IMG/VR virus record: IMGVR_UViG_3300036770_003093
Coordinates: 1 to 64,000 of that record
DNA length: 64,000 nt
DNA from: a virus
Taxonomy: Duplodnaviria > Caudoviricetes
Reading direction: 5' to 3' (one strand)
Made by a program: the position numbers and the translations under genes. The notes under the pieces were generated by a model. That model saw nothing but the letters and a program-made list of their open reading frames with translations, was not told the origin of the DNA and ran no database searches. Positions 20,501 through 30,200 of the stretch are shown piece after piece. How positions within the stretch are numbered: position 1 is the stretch's first letter; every line of letters starts with the position of its first letter.

Positions 20501-20871
20501 GATTCGTTATCTCTATAAGGATTAAAACCTAATTTGTTTTTTACATCTCCTAATGCATAGTATCTTTCAAAAGATTGACCAGATAAATCTTTACCACCAT
20601 ATTGAAACAGAGATGCTAGTCTTGGAGATCTAGCAGCATTAATGTTTGCAGCATCAGCTTTTTGTTGTAACTGTTGTTGAAAAAGTGTTGCTGGATCTCC
20701 TGATGTAGATGTTATTCCTGATGCTAAAGGATCCGCCGTTGTAGCATATGGATTAGGTCTACCAATAGCATTATTATAACCGCTTTGTAATACAGGATCT
20801 TTTGGTAAAATATCTCTTTGAATACCTGCTAATGGATCAAAATTAGCATTTGGTTCTTGTAACTCAGCCAT
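17527..20871 (-). CDS. large virion cargo/ejection protein with Ala/Gly-rich hydrophobic helices
   Basis: 1114-aa ORF with hydrophobic stretches (FAYTVGIAMESLAETAAITAATRGLG; FLSGFLIG) and an EGFQEVFQE motif. Position resembles crAss-like ejected proteins. Confidence 0.6.
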   Translation of the reverse strand: MAELQEPNANFDPLAGIQRDILPKDPVLQSGYNNAIGRPNPYATTADPLASGITSTSGDPATLFQQQLQQKADAANINAARSPRLASLFQYGGKDLSGQSFERYYALGDVKNKLGFNPYRDNESVYNANTSVFDDWTRMMTKSFFPLAKRGAIDSFMAIPDLLSSSNKTLGNIDQAREYEKATEMGYSSRGGMLSSLSNIQMSFAYTVGIAMESLAETAAITAATRGLGTAPAALRSGSKIVSSVGDIYGALNKTRKALQNLSKNPMRAKTFWKAAGSDFVNFANPLRQTTEAFMDLRKSKNLTSLAKVATTGGAFFRDVKELSVALSESNLEGGFVNNEVYKSLYAKELQKNNNQPLSDAKVKEIYTSAESAGQEAAWLNWPIIYLSNRMTIGNAFRGFKPIREISNAFADNVVKRKGGYFVINAAGKGKKPSIDFIKDTILPPLKVFTNPRKHLRSALRYTASNFMEGFQEVFQEAVSLGAKKYYIEAFDNPTAANALAHRAAYLHGAKKQLSGQGLETFLSGFLIGMHMKPINAGIEKAPIAYNYFFDKAEYENYKLARDKYGPELAKTLTEMMQDVDVMFDSRFFNTAAQDEFAKGMDNAQLRNDEWQQKNERDAARASGILTAIQTGTLDYYLENLDTLEELDVKDIADAYGVTEEKAQSMKEQAPEFKKKVQAIQSRYNYVLENFEKPAEASTEGMIKDSPEYVLAKLREKAYHHTVFNAAFHGELFDAQLERKEALYKEAMDLHSEVNKGSNSLFQMMFNPETAYNEIVLLESEIEILEASTKPQDKETLKKKKELLSMISGPVGTSLGEISLDDAFAFGAFNIPENVSVINLIQMYKRYDDVFKLAWQNLKNSAAYKTAKRGAKAKMTRNLKKKYEQKTQELRARIHTKSKNIFTTLATQEGARLSNIEDEKLQKFLGKLVDYHTIESNLRSIQPFIDSFFDPAALSEQYNRNFLIMQDMYNKRKTYADKIVNNFLKNHEKNAALNYLAENFQIYISPEEFTNYVNAPSNRKTSINFIDTRRGVIVDSDSLEYQNYIEVLEIVRQLNNKDSVPVEERGDVPDVTEEEKGFANSSVSSVDSLIDDTFAFNADVTASRNKLSSNLECK

Positions 20872-20873
20872 AG

Positions 20874-23800
20874 TTATTGAGGTATTACAGATTCAGGACT
20901 GATAATAGCTTTTATGTTTGCCATTGTAACTTGATCCATCATGTCATCATATTGTCTTAAAAGCTGGCTAAACTGAGCGCCGTTTGTAACTACGTTTCCT
21001 AAAACAGGATTAGTAACAGTATTGGTTTTATAAACCTGTTTTATAGGATCAAAGAATCTATAATCAACAGTTGCTGTATAACCTTGATATACTGGATCAA
21101 ACTGTATGTTTAAACTTGCATCACCACGGCGATTTTCTTCTTGATAGAATGGGCGCCCTTTATCATCTTTATTACTAGCAAAAATATTATATCGTGGATC
21201 TATATTATAGCTATCAAACAAACCAGATGTAAAACCATCTTCATCTCCATAAATAGTAAAACCTTGAGTTGTTAATTTATCTTTTATTGAAACAGCTGTC
21301 TCATCTGGAAGAGCTAGTTGTTTTATTGTAGAGTTAATAATCTCATCTGGGATGTTTGTAAACATATAACCCCGTTTATCTACACTACCGCCAATTTGTA
21401 ATAATGGAGCAATCTGAAATGATTGTTTACTATCTGGATCAATAGCTTCACTATATAATCTTTTGGTAATTTCTTTTATAACTTTTAACTCATCTTCATC
21501 AGCTAACTCTTTAGGATCATAACCTATTGATATTTTAGGAGCACCAACTAATTGCTGGTCAACTTTAGCTAAAGCAGATTTAATATCTGTCTGATAAGCT
21601 TGAAAATAACTCATATTAGTAGGTGTCTGCTTATACTCACCGGCAATTTTAAAGTTATTTACAGAAAGCTTACCATCAACACTTGTACCAAAAACACCTA
21701 AGCCTGCAGTCATAGGACTGCTAGGACTTATTTTTAATCCCATTTGTGGATCAGCTGCCATTTCTGCAGCTGTAGCATTTAAAGCTTTAAAAGCTTGATC
21801 ACTTATAGATTCAAAAAATACTTTTTTACCAGCTTCATCCGTAAGACGAGCGTTTTTAGGAGTATCAACATTATCTTGTATTAATTCACCCTTGTAAAAA
21901 ATATTCATTTTAGGTACATAAACACCAGACATAAAACCTGAAGGAGCAATAACATGTTGAATAGTTATATCTTTTCCAAACTTTAAATTCATATCTCTAG
22001 CAATCTCTTGAGGACTTCTTAATCCACCATCTGAATCAAGCATGCTTTGTTTAATCATATTAAACTGAGACTCACGAGCTTGTTTAACTTTTTCACTTGG
22101 TTTTAATAACCAACCAACAGCTCCAAGTACTGCTCCTGCACCATAAGGTACACTTTTAAGACTCTCTGCAGCTTCTCCAACATCTTCTAGCCAACTATTA
22201 CTTGACTCTTCATATGCTCTCATTGTAGCATCTAAAACTCTTCTATTAAACTCGTTAGTTTTTGATAAATCAACCTGTGCTGATTTAATACTTTGGTCAA
22301 TTTTTCTAAGTTCTCCAGCATATTGTACAAGCTGTTGACCAATTTTAGTTTTTAATAATCCCTCATTACCCGGTTTTAAAGGATCAATTGCTTCTAATAC
22401 AGGATTTATTGCAAATAAGCCGGTTGTTTTAGTTGCTTCACGATTTTGTTTAATCTTACTAAGAATGACTTTAGCTGTTGCAGCATCTGGTGTATTACTT
22501 TTTGAAACCTCATTTAAGTATTTAACTGTATTATTTACAGTAGTAATCTGTGTGTTTTTAACAGTTCTTTCACTTTCAGTAACAGTTTTTGCATAATCAA
22601 GAGGTTCTCTATCTTCATCAAGAAGATCTGCTGAAATTTCTTCAGTACCTATTTGTAACATGTTTAAGTTTAGAGCTTCTTGTTCTTTTTCACGCTGTTT
22701 AATCTTTTGTTCTTCTTCTAACCTTTTCCATGCTTGTTCTTCTCTAAACTGAGCACGAGCATTAGCACCTGCTTCACGCATTCTTGCTAAAGCAACAGCA
22801 TTAGCTTTAACTTTAATTTCAGCACCAAGAGCAGAGTTATTTATAGCGGCATATAGAAAATCACGATTCATCTTATAGTAAGCAACTATTGCATCTGCAC
22901 CTTGTGGTGTATATTGAGGTCCTGTTTGTCCAGATGAAATACCAGAAGGTAATACAGTTTTATAGCCACTATTAATATCATCGGCAATCTGTGTTACAGA
23001 TCTACGATTAATTTCATTGACCTGTATCTGTTCTTCAAGATTTTGTTTAGTTTGAACAAGGGGATGATTCTCTGTAAGATTAGGTATATCTGCAAGAAAC
23101 TTCTTTATCTGATCTAACTGATTCTGTAATGATGTCCCTTGAGTTTCAGCATTTTTCTTTGCATCATCAATCATTAATTGATAACCCTCATACTTTTCTT
23201 TAGCATATATAGAGTTGGCTTCTTCGCGAGATATACCCTGAGCCTCAGCACTACGTACAAAGTTTTCACGTTCTACATATGCATCTACAGCATACATTTT
23301 TTTAACAGCAGGATCCTCACCAATTAATGCTTTATAGTGCTCGTATAAAGGTACCTGTACAAGTTGACCATTCTTTTTAGTAACAATGTACATTCCTTGA
23401 GGAGTCTCTTGAACTACAGGTTTAAACTCTTTTGCTAGGTCTAAAGCCCGCTTCATTACATCAATCCTCGGTACAGCATCTGGTGCTGACATTAATAATG
23501 CTTGATCTGCAGAAGCATTCTTATACTCCTCCATTTTATACTGTATATACTGCGCACCAGGTTCCCAATATTTACCAGGACAGTTTTCACCAACACATGA
23601 TTTTAATGACTCTAATGAAGAAAAGTTTTCCATGGATTTTTTAGTGTAACCCATGTCATGTAAAAGATTCTTGTCATTATACAATGGTGAAAAAACCTGA
23701 AGAGCTTGCTGGACATTTTGATCCAAAGACAAGTCCATGCTAGTAATCTTTTGTATAGCAGCAACAGATTGTTTAAAATACTGATCTCTGTTTTTAATAT

Positions 23801-23978
23801 TATCCTCTCTGGTTAATGGAGCATTTAAAAACTTACCGTATACAGTATTTAACTTAGACCAGTTTTTATCATACTGATCTTGTTTCTTCTGAATAACACC
23901 CGCAAAAAAATTAAAATCAGGCTGAAAAGGCTGATACTGCGGAATATAATCTGTTACACCTTGTAAATAAGTAGCCAT
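20874..23978 (-). CDS. virion cargo protein (crAss cargo-protein-1-like)
   Basis: N-terminus YIPQYQPFQPDFNF...KKQDQYD resembles crAss-like cargo proteins. Coiled-coil regions and one hydrophobic segment (GAGAVLGAVGWLL). Synteny supports the call. Confidence 0.55.
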   Translation of the reverse strand: MATYLQGVTDYIPQYQPFQPDFNFFAGVIQKKQDQYDKNWSKLNTVYGKFLNAPLTREDNIKNRDQYFKQSVAAIQKITSMDLSLDQNVQQALQVFSPLYNDKNLLHDMGYTKKSMENFSSLESLKSCVGENCPGKYWEPGAQYIQYKMEEYKNASADQALLMSAPDAVPRIDVMKRALDLAKEFKPVVQETPQGMYIVTKKNGQLVQVPLYEHYKALIGEDPAVKKMYAVDAYVERENFVRSAEAQGISREEANSIYAKEKYEGYQLMIDDAKKNAETQGTSLQNQLDQIKKFLADIPNLTENHPLVQTKQNLEEQIQVNEINRRSVTQIADDINSGYKTVLPSGISSGQTGPQYTPQGADAIVAYYKMNRDFLYAAINNSALGAEIKVKANAVALARMREAGANARAQFREEQAWKRLEEEQKIKQREKEQEALNLNMLQIGTEEISADLLDEDREPLDYAKTVTESERTVKNTQITTVNNTVKYLNEVSKSNTPDAATAKVILSKIKQNREATKTTGLFAINPVLEAIDPLKPGNEGLLKTKIGQQLVQYAGELRKIDQSIKSAQVDLSKTNEFNRRVLDATMRAYEESSNSWLEDVGEAAESLKSVPYGAGAVLGAVGWLLKPSEKVKQARESQFNMIKQSMLDSDGGLRSPQEIARDMNLKFGKDITIQHVIAPSGFMSGVYVPKMNIFYKGELIQDNVDTPKNARLTDEAGKKVFFESISDQAFKALNATAAEMAADPQMGLKISPSSPMTAGLGVFGTSVDGKLSVNNFKIAGEYKQTPTNMSYFQAYQTDIKSALAKVDQQLVGAPKISIGYDPKELADEDELKVIKEITKRLYSEAIDPDSKQSFQIAPLLQIGGSVDKRGYMFTNIPDEIINSTIKQLALPDETAVSIKDKLTTQGFTIYGDEDGFTSGLFDSYNIDPRYNIFASNKDDKGRPFYQEENRRGDASLNIQFDPVYQGYTATVDYRFFDPIKQVYKTNTVTNPVLGNVVTNGAQFSQLLRQYDDMMDQVTMANIKAIISPESVIPQ

Positions 23979-23982
23979 GTTT

Positions 23983-26900
23983 TTAACTAAATAATCCTTT
24001 GTATTGAGTAAAGTAATTAGGATCTATACCCTGTTGCTGAGAAGATGCTTTATATTCACGGTCATAATCTTCTTTTGCCAGTTTAGTAGCTTGACTATCA
24101 TCTAGATTAAACTTAGTTTTAAGCATATCTTTTCTTTTTGCAACCTCATCCCAATCATATGTAGATGCTGTTTGAGAACCATCAAATGGTTTACCAACAC
24201 CTGTTGGAAATATCATACCACCTGTAGATGGATCTACTCTATACTGTGGATAAAGGGTATTCAGTGCCTGCGCCTTGGCAGCATTAGTTATAGCATTAGT
24301 ATATGACTGAACATATTGCTGACGAGCTTGATTTTTTGAGTTTTCAAACTGTTGGTTAGCAATAGTGTTCTTATCAAATATATTGGTTGCCCTATCAGCA
24401 GCAGCTTTCCTACCAGCGTCTTGCAAACTAAGATTTATTTGATTTGCCTGGTTATAGATGTTTTGATTAGCATTATTTACAGAGGCCAGAGTATCAGCAA
24501 TGCTTTTAGCAGCATTACCCTGTAAGTCTGACATCCTAGAAGAAAATGCTTGTGGTCCACTATATGATGCTAATCCTTGAACAGCTTGTCCTGCAGCTTC
24601 ATTTATAGCTGCTATTTGACGATCTGGATCAATGTATGATGCAAACATTTGAGGTGGTTCGTATGGTGCCACAAAAGGCAACTGTTTGTTTATGTTATAT
24701 AAGCTTCCAAAGGTAGCTAAATTTATTGCTTCATCTTGAGCCCACCATGGAGCACCGCCCACCATAGGAGGTTGTGTAGTAACATCTTGTTTGGTTTCAT
24801 CTTGGGTTACTGTTTCATCAACAGGTTGTTCTGGTGTAAAGTCTTCCTCGCCATATTTACCAAAATCATATCCGGCAATTTGACCACGAGTAGTGTTAGC
24901 TAAAATAGCATCTGCTTGAGAAATAGAACCTGCAGCTTGACCTTCTAAACTCTCGTTAAATCTACCACGCTGTTCAATACTAAACTTGTCAAGTTTTGGT
25001 TTTACTTTTTCAGATGGACTTTGTAACAAATCTCTATACGCAATATAAGACATCTGTTGTGCTAATCCCATATCTCTTTTTGGTGGCGTAATACCTATTT
25101 GTCTTAGTTTAGCATCAATGTCTTTAGATGTTTCACCTTGACCTTTAACATCATAATTATGAGCAGCTAAAGCAAGATTAGCTTTTTCAAATTCTAGAAA
25201 TTGTTTGACTATCTCATCAGGTTCTAAGTTTCTAAGTGCATCTTTCTGGGCTTGTGTAATGTTTTTACCAAAGTATTGATTCTTGTCTAAACCATCTTCA
25301 AACTTTTGAACAAACTCTGCTCTTACATCAGGATCATCAAATGCTTTTTTTAACTCTTGATACTGAAAAGCAATGCCTTTATTCTTATTAAAAATCTTTG
25401 TAAACTCATCAGAATTTTCATCTATATCAAACGTTGCTGGTTGACTGGTAACTTTTTTAAACTTACCAGCTGTTGTCTGATATATGTCTCCAACCTGCAG
25501 TTTAGATTTATCAAATCCCGGGTCTGATTCTTTTGGATATTGATTATTATTCCCAGGAACTTTACTTGCTGGTACAGTTTGAGTTTGAGTTGTAGCTGTA
25601 GCTGGAGTTGTAGCTGGAGTTGTAGCTGGAGTTGTTACAGGAGTATACTCTGATAAAGTTTTATCAAAAGCAGCAGCTTGATTCTTTTTAGCATATGCGT
25701 CTTTTGCTATTGTTGGTCGGTAATCATAAGTGCTTTGATTTTCAATATAAAACTCACGTGGTGTTTTATTTGTCGTAGGCGCATTTTTTGTAAAGTCAAA
25801 ATTATTCCACATTAAAGATCTAGGAACAAAGTTTTCTTTAAAGTTTCTAACATACACATCAGGGTCAGCATTTACATTTTGCCCTGTTTGATATGCACCA
25901 ATAATTTTAGCATCATCAATACTACTGATATTACTAGGATTAGTTAGAAAAGAATTGTAATCAAAGGTTGGTACATCCTTAACTGTACCACCCATTGTAG
26001 TAGGATCTATCTCTCCGCTAGCAGCTAAAACCAAATCTTTAATTGATCTACCAGTATTAAATTTATAATCAACAAGTCTTACTTGCATTTCAGGTGGTAA
26101 AGAGTTATAATCTACACCTAAAGTGTTAAGTTCATCTACTGTTTTAGTTATATACTCTTTCATTTTGGTCTTATTGTTACCTGTCCAGTTATTATCTGAA
26201 TAGGTGTTTTGATAAGACGTATTGCTTTGCGTAGCTGTTTTACCACCAGTCATGCCAGCATCTCTTTCATGCTTTAGAATATATTTTGTCCACTCATCTT
26301 TCCAATTATTATAAGCTGTGGTAGGATCTCCTGTAGAACCACCGTCATCAAATATTGGTAAAGTTACACGCACACGAGATTTTGTTTGTCCACCGGCGCG
26401 CATATAATTTCTTGGTACACCACCATATTCCATTACTGGATTATAGTATGAGCCACCGTACATCATCATCATCTCCGGTGATACACCTTGCATCATTTCT
26501 GGACTCATCATCTCTTGGCCCATCATCTCTTGATCAGGTGCCATCATTTGTTGAGCTTCTGGCTCTTCTTGAATAGGGCCCTGGTTATATGATTCTCCAG
26601 GTGTTTCTTCTAATTGCTCTTGACCAGGTTGTCCTTGTGGTATTAACATTTCTGGACTAATACCTTTGGACTCTAGATAAGGCATCGCAATCACAGGTAT
26701 TCCTTGGGGGAAACCTTTAATAGATTCTTGGGCTAGTGCTAAAGCCCCGAGTTTAAGATTGATGTTCTTTAACATCATCTCTGCAGTACGAACTTGTAAA
26801 GTATCACTGTTTTTATCTTGGAGTGCTTTACGAAACTCATTACCCTTTTTATTGATATGCTCAGATATTTGCGCCGGCGTATATGCATTCTTACCCTTTT

Positions 26901-27267
26901 TTGTAGGCATACCAAAGTAGGCTAACAAATCAGGATCCTTTATCAACATAGCACGCGTGTCCGAAAAGATAAAGCTATTCTCAGGAAGATTTAAAGGTAC
27001 ACCACCACTTGAATGTCGTGGTCCAGATATCTTGTAGAATTCTGGTAAACTGTCTTGGTTAATATCTCCAAATACAGTTTCACCACCTTCTGCTTCAAGA
27101 TTAGCTTCTTCACGAGGAACACGAGTTAGTGTTTTGCGTTCTTGTAAATTAGGTTGTTTAAACTTATTTACATCAGCACCACCCCACATGCTCATCTGGC
27201 GAGCATTGGCAGTAACTTCATTTCCGTACTGTGCTTTAGGCAATGTTACTCTAACTTTCATAATCAA
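23983..27267 (-). CDS. virion cargo protein with EGGE/GPxH domain and lysozyme-like domain
   Basis: EAEGGETV...GPRHSSGGVPL motif seen in crAss-like structural proteins. ILKHE...LPPEMQVRLVDYKFNTG resembles lysozyme-fold muramidases. Confidence 0.55.
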   Translation of the reverse strand: MIMKVRVTLPKAQYGNEVTANARQMSMWGGADVNKFKQPNLQERKTLTRVPREEANLEAEGGETVFGDINQDSLPEFYKISGPRHSSGGVPLNLPENSFIFSDTRAMLIKDPDLLAYFGMPTKKGKNAYTPAQISEHINKKGNEFRKALQDKNSDTLQVRTAEMMLKNINLKLGALALAQESIKGFPQGIPVIAMPYLESKGISPEMLIPQGQPGQEQLEETPGESYNQGPIQEEPEAQQMMAPDQEMMGQEMMSPEMMQGVSPEMMMMYGGSYYNPVMEYGGVPRNYMRAGGQTKSRVRVTLPIFDDGGSTGDPTTAYNNWKDEWTKYILKHERDAGMTGGKTATQSNTSYQNTYSDNNWTGNNKTKMKEYITKTVDELNTLGVDYNSLPPEMQVRLVDYKFNTGRSIKDLVLAASGEIDPTTMGGTVKDVPTFDYNSFLTNPSNISSIDDAKIIGAYQTGQNVNADPDVYVRNFKENFVPRSLMWNNFDFTKNAPTTNKTPREFYIENQSTYDYRPTIAKDAYAKKNQAAAFDKTLSEYTPVTTPATTPATTPATATTQTQTVPASKVPGNNNQYPKESDPGFDKSKLQVGDIYQTTAGKFKKVTSQPATFDIDENSDEFTKIFNKNKGIAFQYQELKKAFDDPDVRAEFVQKFEDGLDKNQYFGKNITQAQKDALRNLEPDEIVKQFLEFEKANLALAAHNYDVKGQGETSKDIDAKLRQIGITPPKRDMGLAQQMSYIAYRDLLQSPSEKVKPKLDKFSIEQRGRFNESLEGQAAGSISQADAILANTTRGQIAGYDFGKYGEEDFTPEQPVDETVTQDETKQDVTTQPPMVGGAPWWAQDEAINLATFGSLYNINKQLPFVAPYEPPQMFASYIDPDRQIAAINEAAGQAVQGLASYSGPQAFSSRMSDLQGNAAKSIADTLASVNNANQNIYNQANQINLSLQDAGRKAAADRATNIFDKNTIANQQFENSKNQARQQYVQSYTNAITNAAKAQALNTLYPQYRVDPSTGGMIFPTGVGKPFDGSQTASTYDWDEVAKRKDMLKTKFNLDDSQATKLAKEDYDREYKASSQQQGIDPNYFTQYKGLFS
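25597..25635. repeat. 12-bp tandem repeat (three copies) encoding a TPAT linker
   Basis: tgtagctggagt x3 inside the 1094-aa ORF. Confidence 0.9.
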
Positions 27268-30200
27268 ATGTATTCAATTGTTCCACCCATTTGCTGAATG
27301 TATGCTATTTCTTCTGGTGATAAATCCATTTCATATGTACCACCATACTTTAATACACCACCAAATTTACCAAAACCAGATGTAACACCTGGGCTAAACT
27401 GCTGACGTTGACCCATAAAAGAAGTGTAGTTTCTAGCAGTATCACCTAGATTTGCTTCTATACCTCCATCAAAATTAGCAAAAGTACTAGGTGTATAGTT
27501 AATAGGATCAGTTTCTCTTTCTAACATCTGAGCTTGAGCTAATTCCTGATCAGCTCTGTTCTTTAAGTTAGTTACAAGATTGGTTCCTGAATAAGCAATG
27601 TCTGCCCACTGTGAAGCACTTAAAGGATTCTTTACAAAATCAGCTTTAAGAGTTTTCATTGATGGATTAGCGCCAGCTTCAGCAGTAACTTCTTGCAAAG
27701 ATTTTGTAGGAAGATTAACTGTTTTACGTTGTTGATCTAACAATGAAGTATCAAATTCTTCCATAGGATTAATATCACCAAATGTTTTTCCACTAATATT
27801 AACTGTTTCAGGATATCTACTTCTTCCAACAAAATCTTCCATTTGAGATTGACCTTCATTTAAAGGACCTATTTGACCAGGAAGCATTATACTTCCTGGG
27901 ATGTTTTCTTCAGCAATAAATCTTGATGTGGTTCTTATATTATTTTGCCCTTGAGGGTTTTCTCGAGAATATAGACTTGGATTATTATAACCTTCTTGTA
28001 CCAAACTTGTCACATAATCTTTTACTTGTTTAGGAACAACATATTCACCGGTGTTTTGAAAAGTAGGTAATCCACCAGTTCTATAAAGATAAAGTTGACC
28101 ACCTTTTTGTCTATTTTTAAGAGGTGGCGCCACAGGAAATTTTTCAATAAACCTTTTATCTTCTGGATTTCGAGAATCAATATAAACTGCAGTATCTCCT
28201 TCTGTACCAAATCTTTCTGTTAAACACTCTAAAGAATATGGTTCAAAATTTGTACAACCATAACTACCAAATCTATTATCCGGTTGACTAAATCTTTCAA
28301 GTCTTGATTGATATTCTTCTGGATTATAATATGGTTTTGCACCTTTACCCTGTGAAGGATCCCACGTATAACCAGGTTTTGCTCCTGCACCATATACAAT
28401 ATGCATTGCTAAAGGAGTTGTAGCAATAGGCGCTTTTTTTCCAAAAGCAGCAATAGGCTGTTGTAAATATCCAGGCCAACCATAAATACTCTTATCGTAT
28501 TTCATTTTATATGTTCCTGTTGGAGTAGACCTTGCAGCAGGATTATTTCTTAAATATGGTACTTTATAAGGATTAACATTAGGATCTGTTTCATAATTTT
28601 TACCAGCTAGTCCTGTTAATACTGGAAATTTTTGATCAATTTTCCCCTCTCTTACAAAATTAATAGTTCCCGTCGCCTTATCAACAATAACTCCAGATTC
28701 AAGAGTATTTCTAAGATCATCCTCATAATACCCTTCACCTCTACCAAACAAAGAATTATCCACAGCATCTCTAACATCAAATGATCTTCTTTTTAACAAA
28801 GGTGGTGTTTCAACTTTTACTTTGTTAATCTCTTTAATGTTTTGTTTTTTTGCCTGTTGAACTTCTTTAGAAACTGTTACTTTTTGTTTAGTATTAGTAG
28901 AAACTTGTTTACCATAGTATCCTGGGCCCTTAAACATTTCATTAGTGCCTGCAGCAAAATCTTTAACAACTTGATTGTTAGCAGCAATTGTTGAAGGGAT
29001 TTTTGATTTTTGTACAGGTTGTTTTTTAACGGGTTCTGCAGAAGCAGTTTGATTAGGTTTTTTATTAATAAGTTGAATGTCTCCAGAAAGAAGTTTATTT
29101 CTTAACTGAGCATTTTGTTCATAAGTACCTGTATAAGGTTCATCAAAATAATCTTGGAATATTTTTTTTCTAGATTCAAAAGATGGATCATACCCTTTAC
29201 TCTTTACTATATCATAAAGTGTTGATCCACCTTTTTGAAAAAGTTTTGGATTTTTATAACCTGTTTTTTGAATAGAACTATTATTATTATAAGAACGTTG
29301 TAAAATATTTTCTTCTCTTATATTAAGAGCATCTATTTCATCTTGATTACTTAAATCAATAGGACCAACACCACTAATGTCAACTGTTTGAGGATCTGCA
29401 GTTGTTCTTAGATAATTTGTATTAAAAGAAAAAGGTTGTGTAGTTGATACATTTTTTGGATCTAACAAAGGAGGAACTCCAATAGCAGCTGATGTATTAT
29501 TTTGTGCAGAAGTATTACTTCCAGAAGATTGAGCTGCAGCAGGATTAGCAGGAGAAGATGATGTTTGTGTTCCTGAACCAATTGTTACAGGAGGAATTGT
29601 AATGTCAGAAGGGTTTGTATTTACTCTAATATCTTGATTCCAAGAAGAAGGTGCATTTTCAGCAGGTGTTACAGATGTTGAAGTAGATGATCCAGGAGCA
29701 TTTATTTGAGGAAGAGCTCTGCTAAAAGTCATTGAAACTTTACGAGGATTATATATGTTTCCTAGAAAACCTTTTGTTGCTTCTACATTAGATAGATAAG
29801 ATGCTTCTAAAGGAATTTTACCAGAGAGCATTAATTGATCTTTAAGATCTTTTTGACTTCTATTTGTCATGCGATATCCCCGGGGCATATACCAATCATT
29901 AGATATTGGTGCGGCGCCAAACATATGAAGCAAGCTACCTAATCCTCTACCGCCATATCCTCCATAGTTGCCAGGGTAATAACCTTGATTAGAATATTGT
30001 CTTGCTAACAACTGATTAAACTGCTCAGGAGTTAAGGTTATATTTTGAGTAGTTTGAGTATTTGTGTTTCCTGTAGTTTGGCTTCCATCTGTACTACCTT
30101 CGTATCTTGGTAAACCTCCATAACGCATCATCTCAGGTTGCTCAAAATAATCCATACTTTGGTTAAAAGCTTCCTCAGCCATGTTATTAGCAACATTGCG

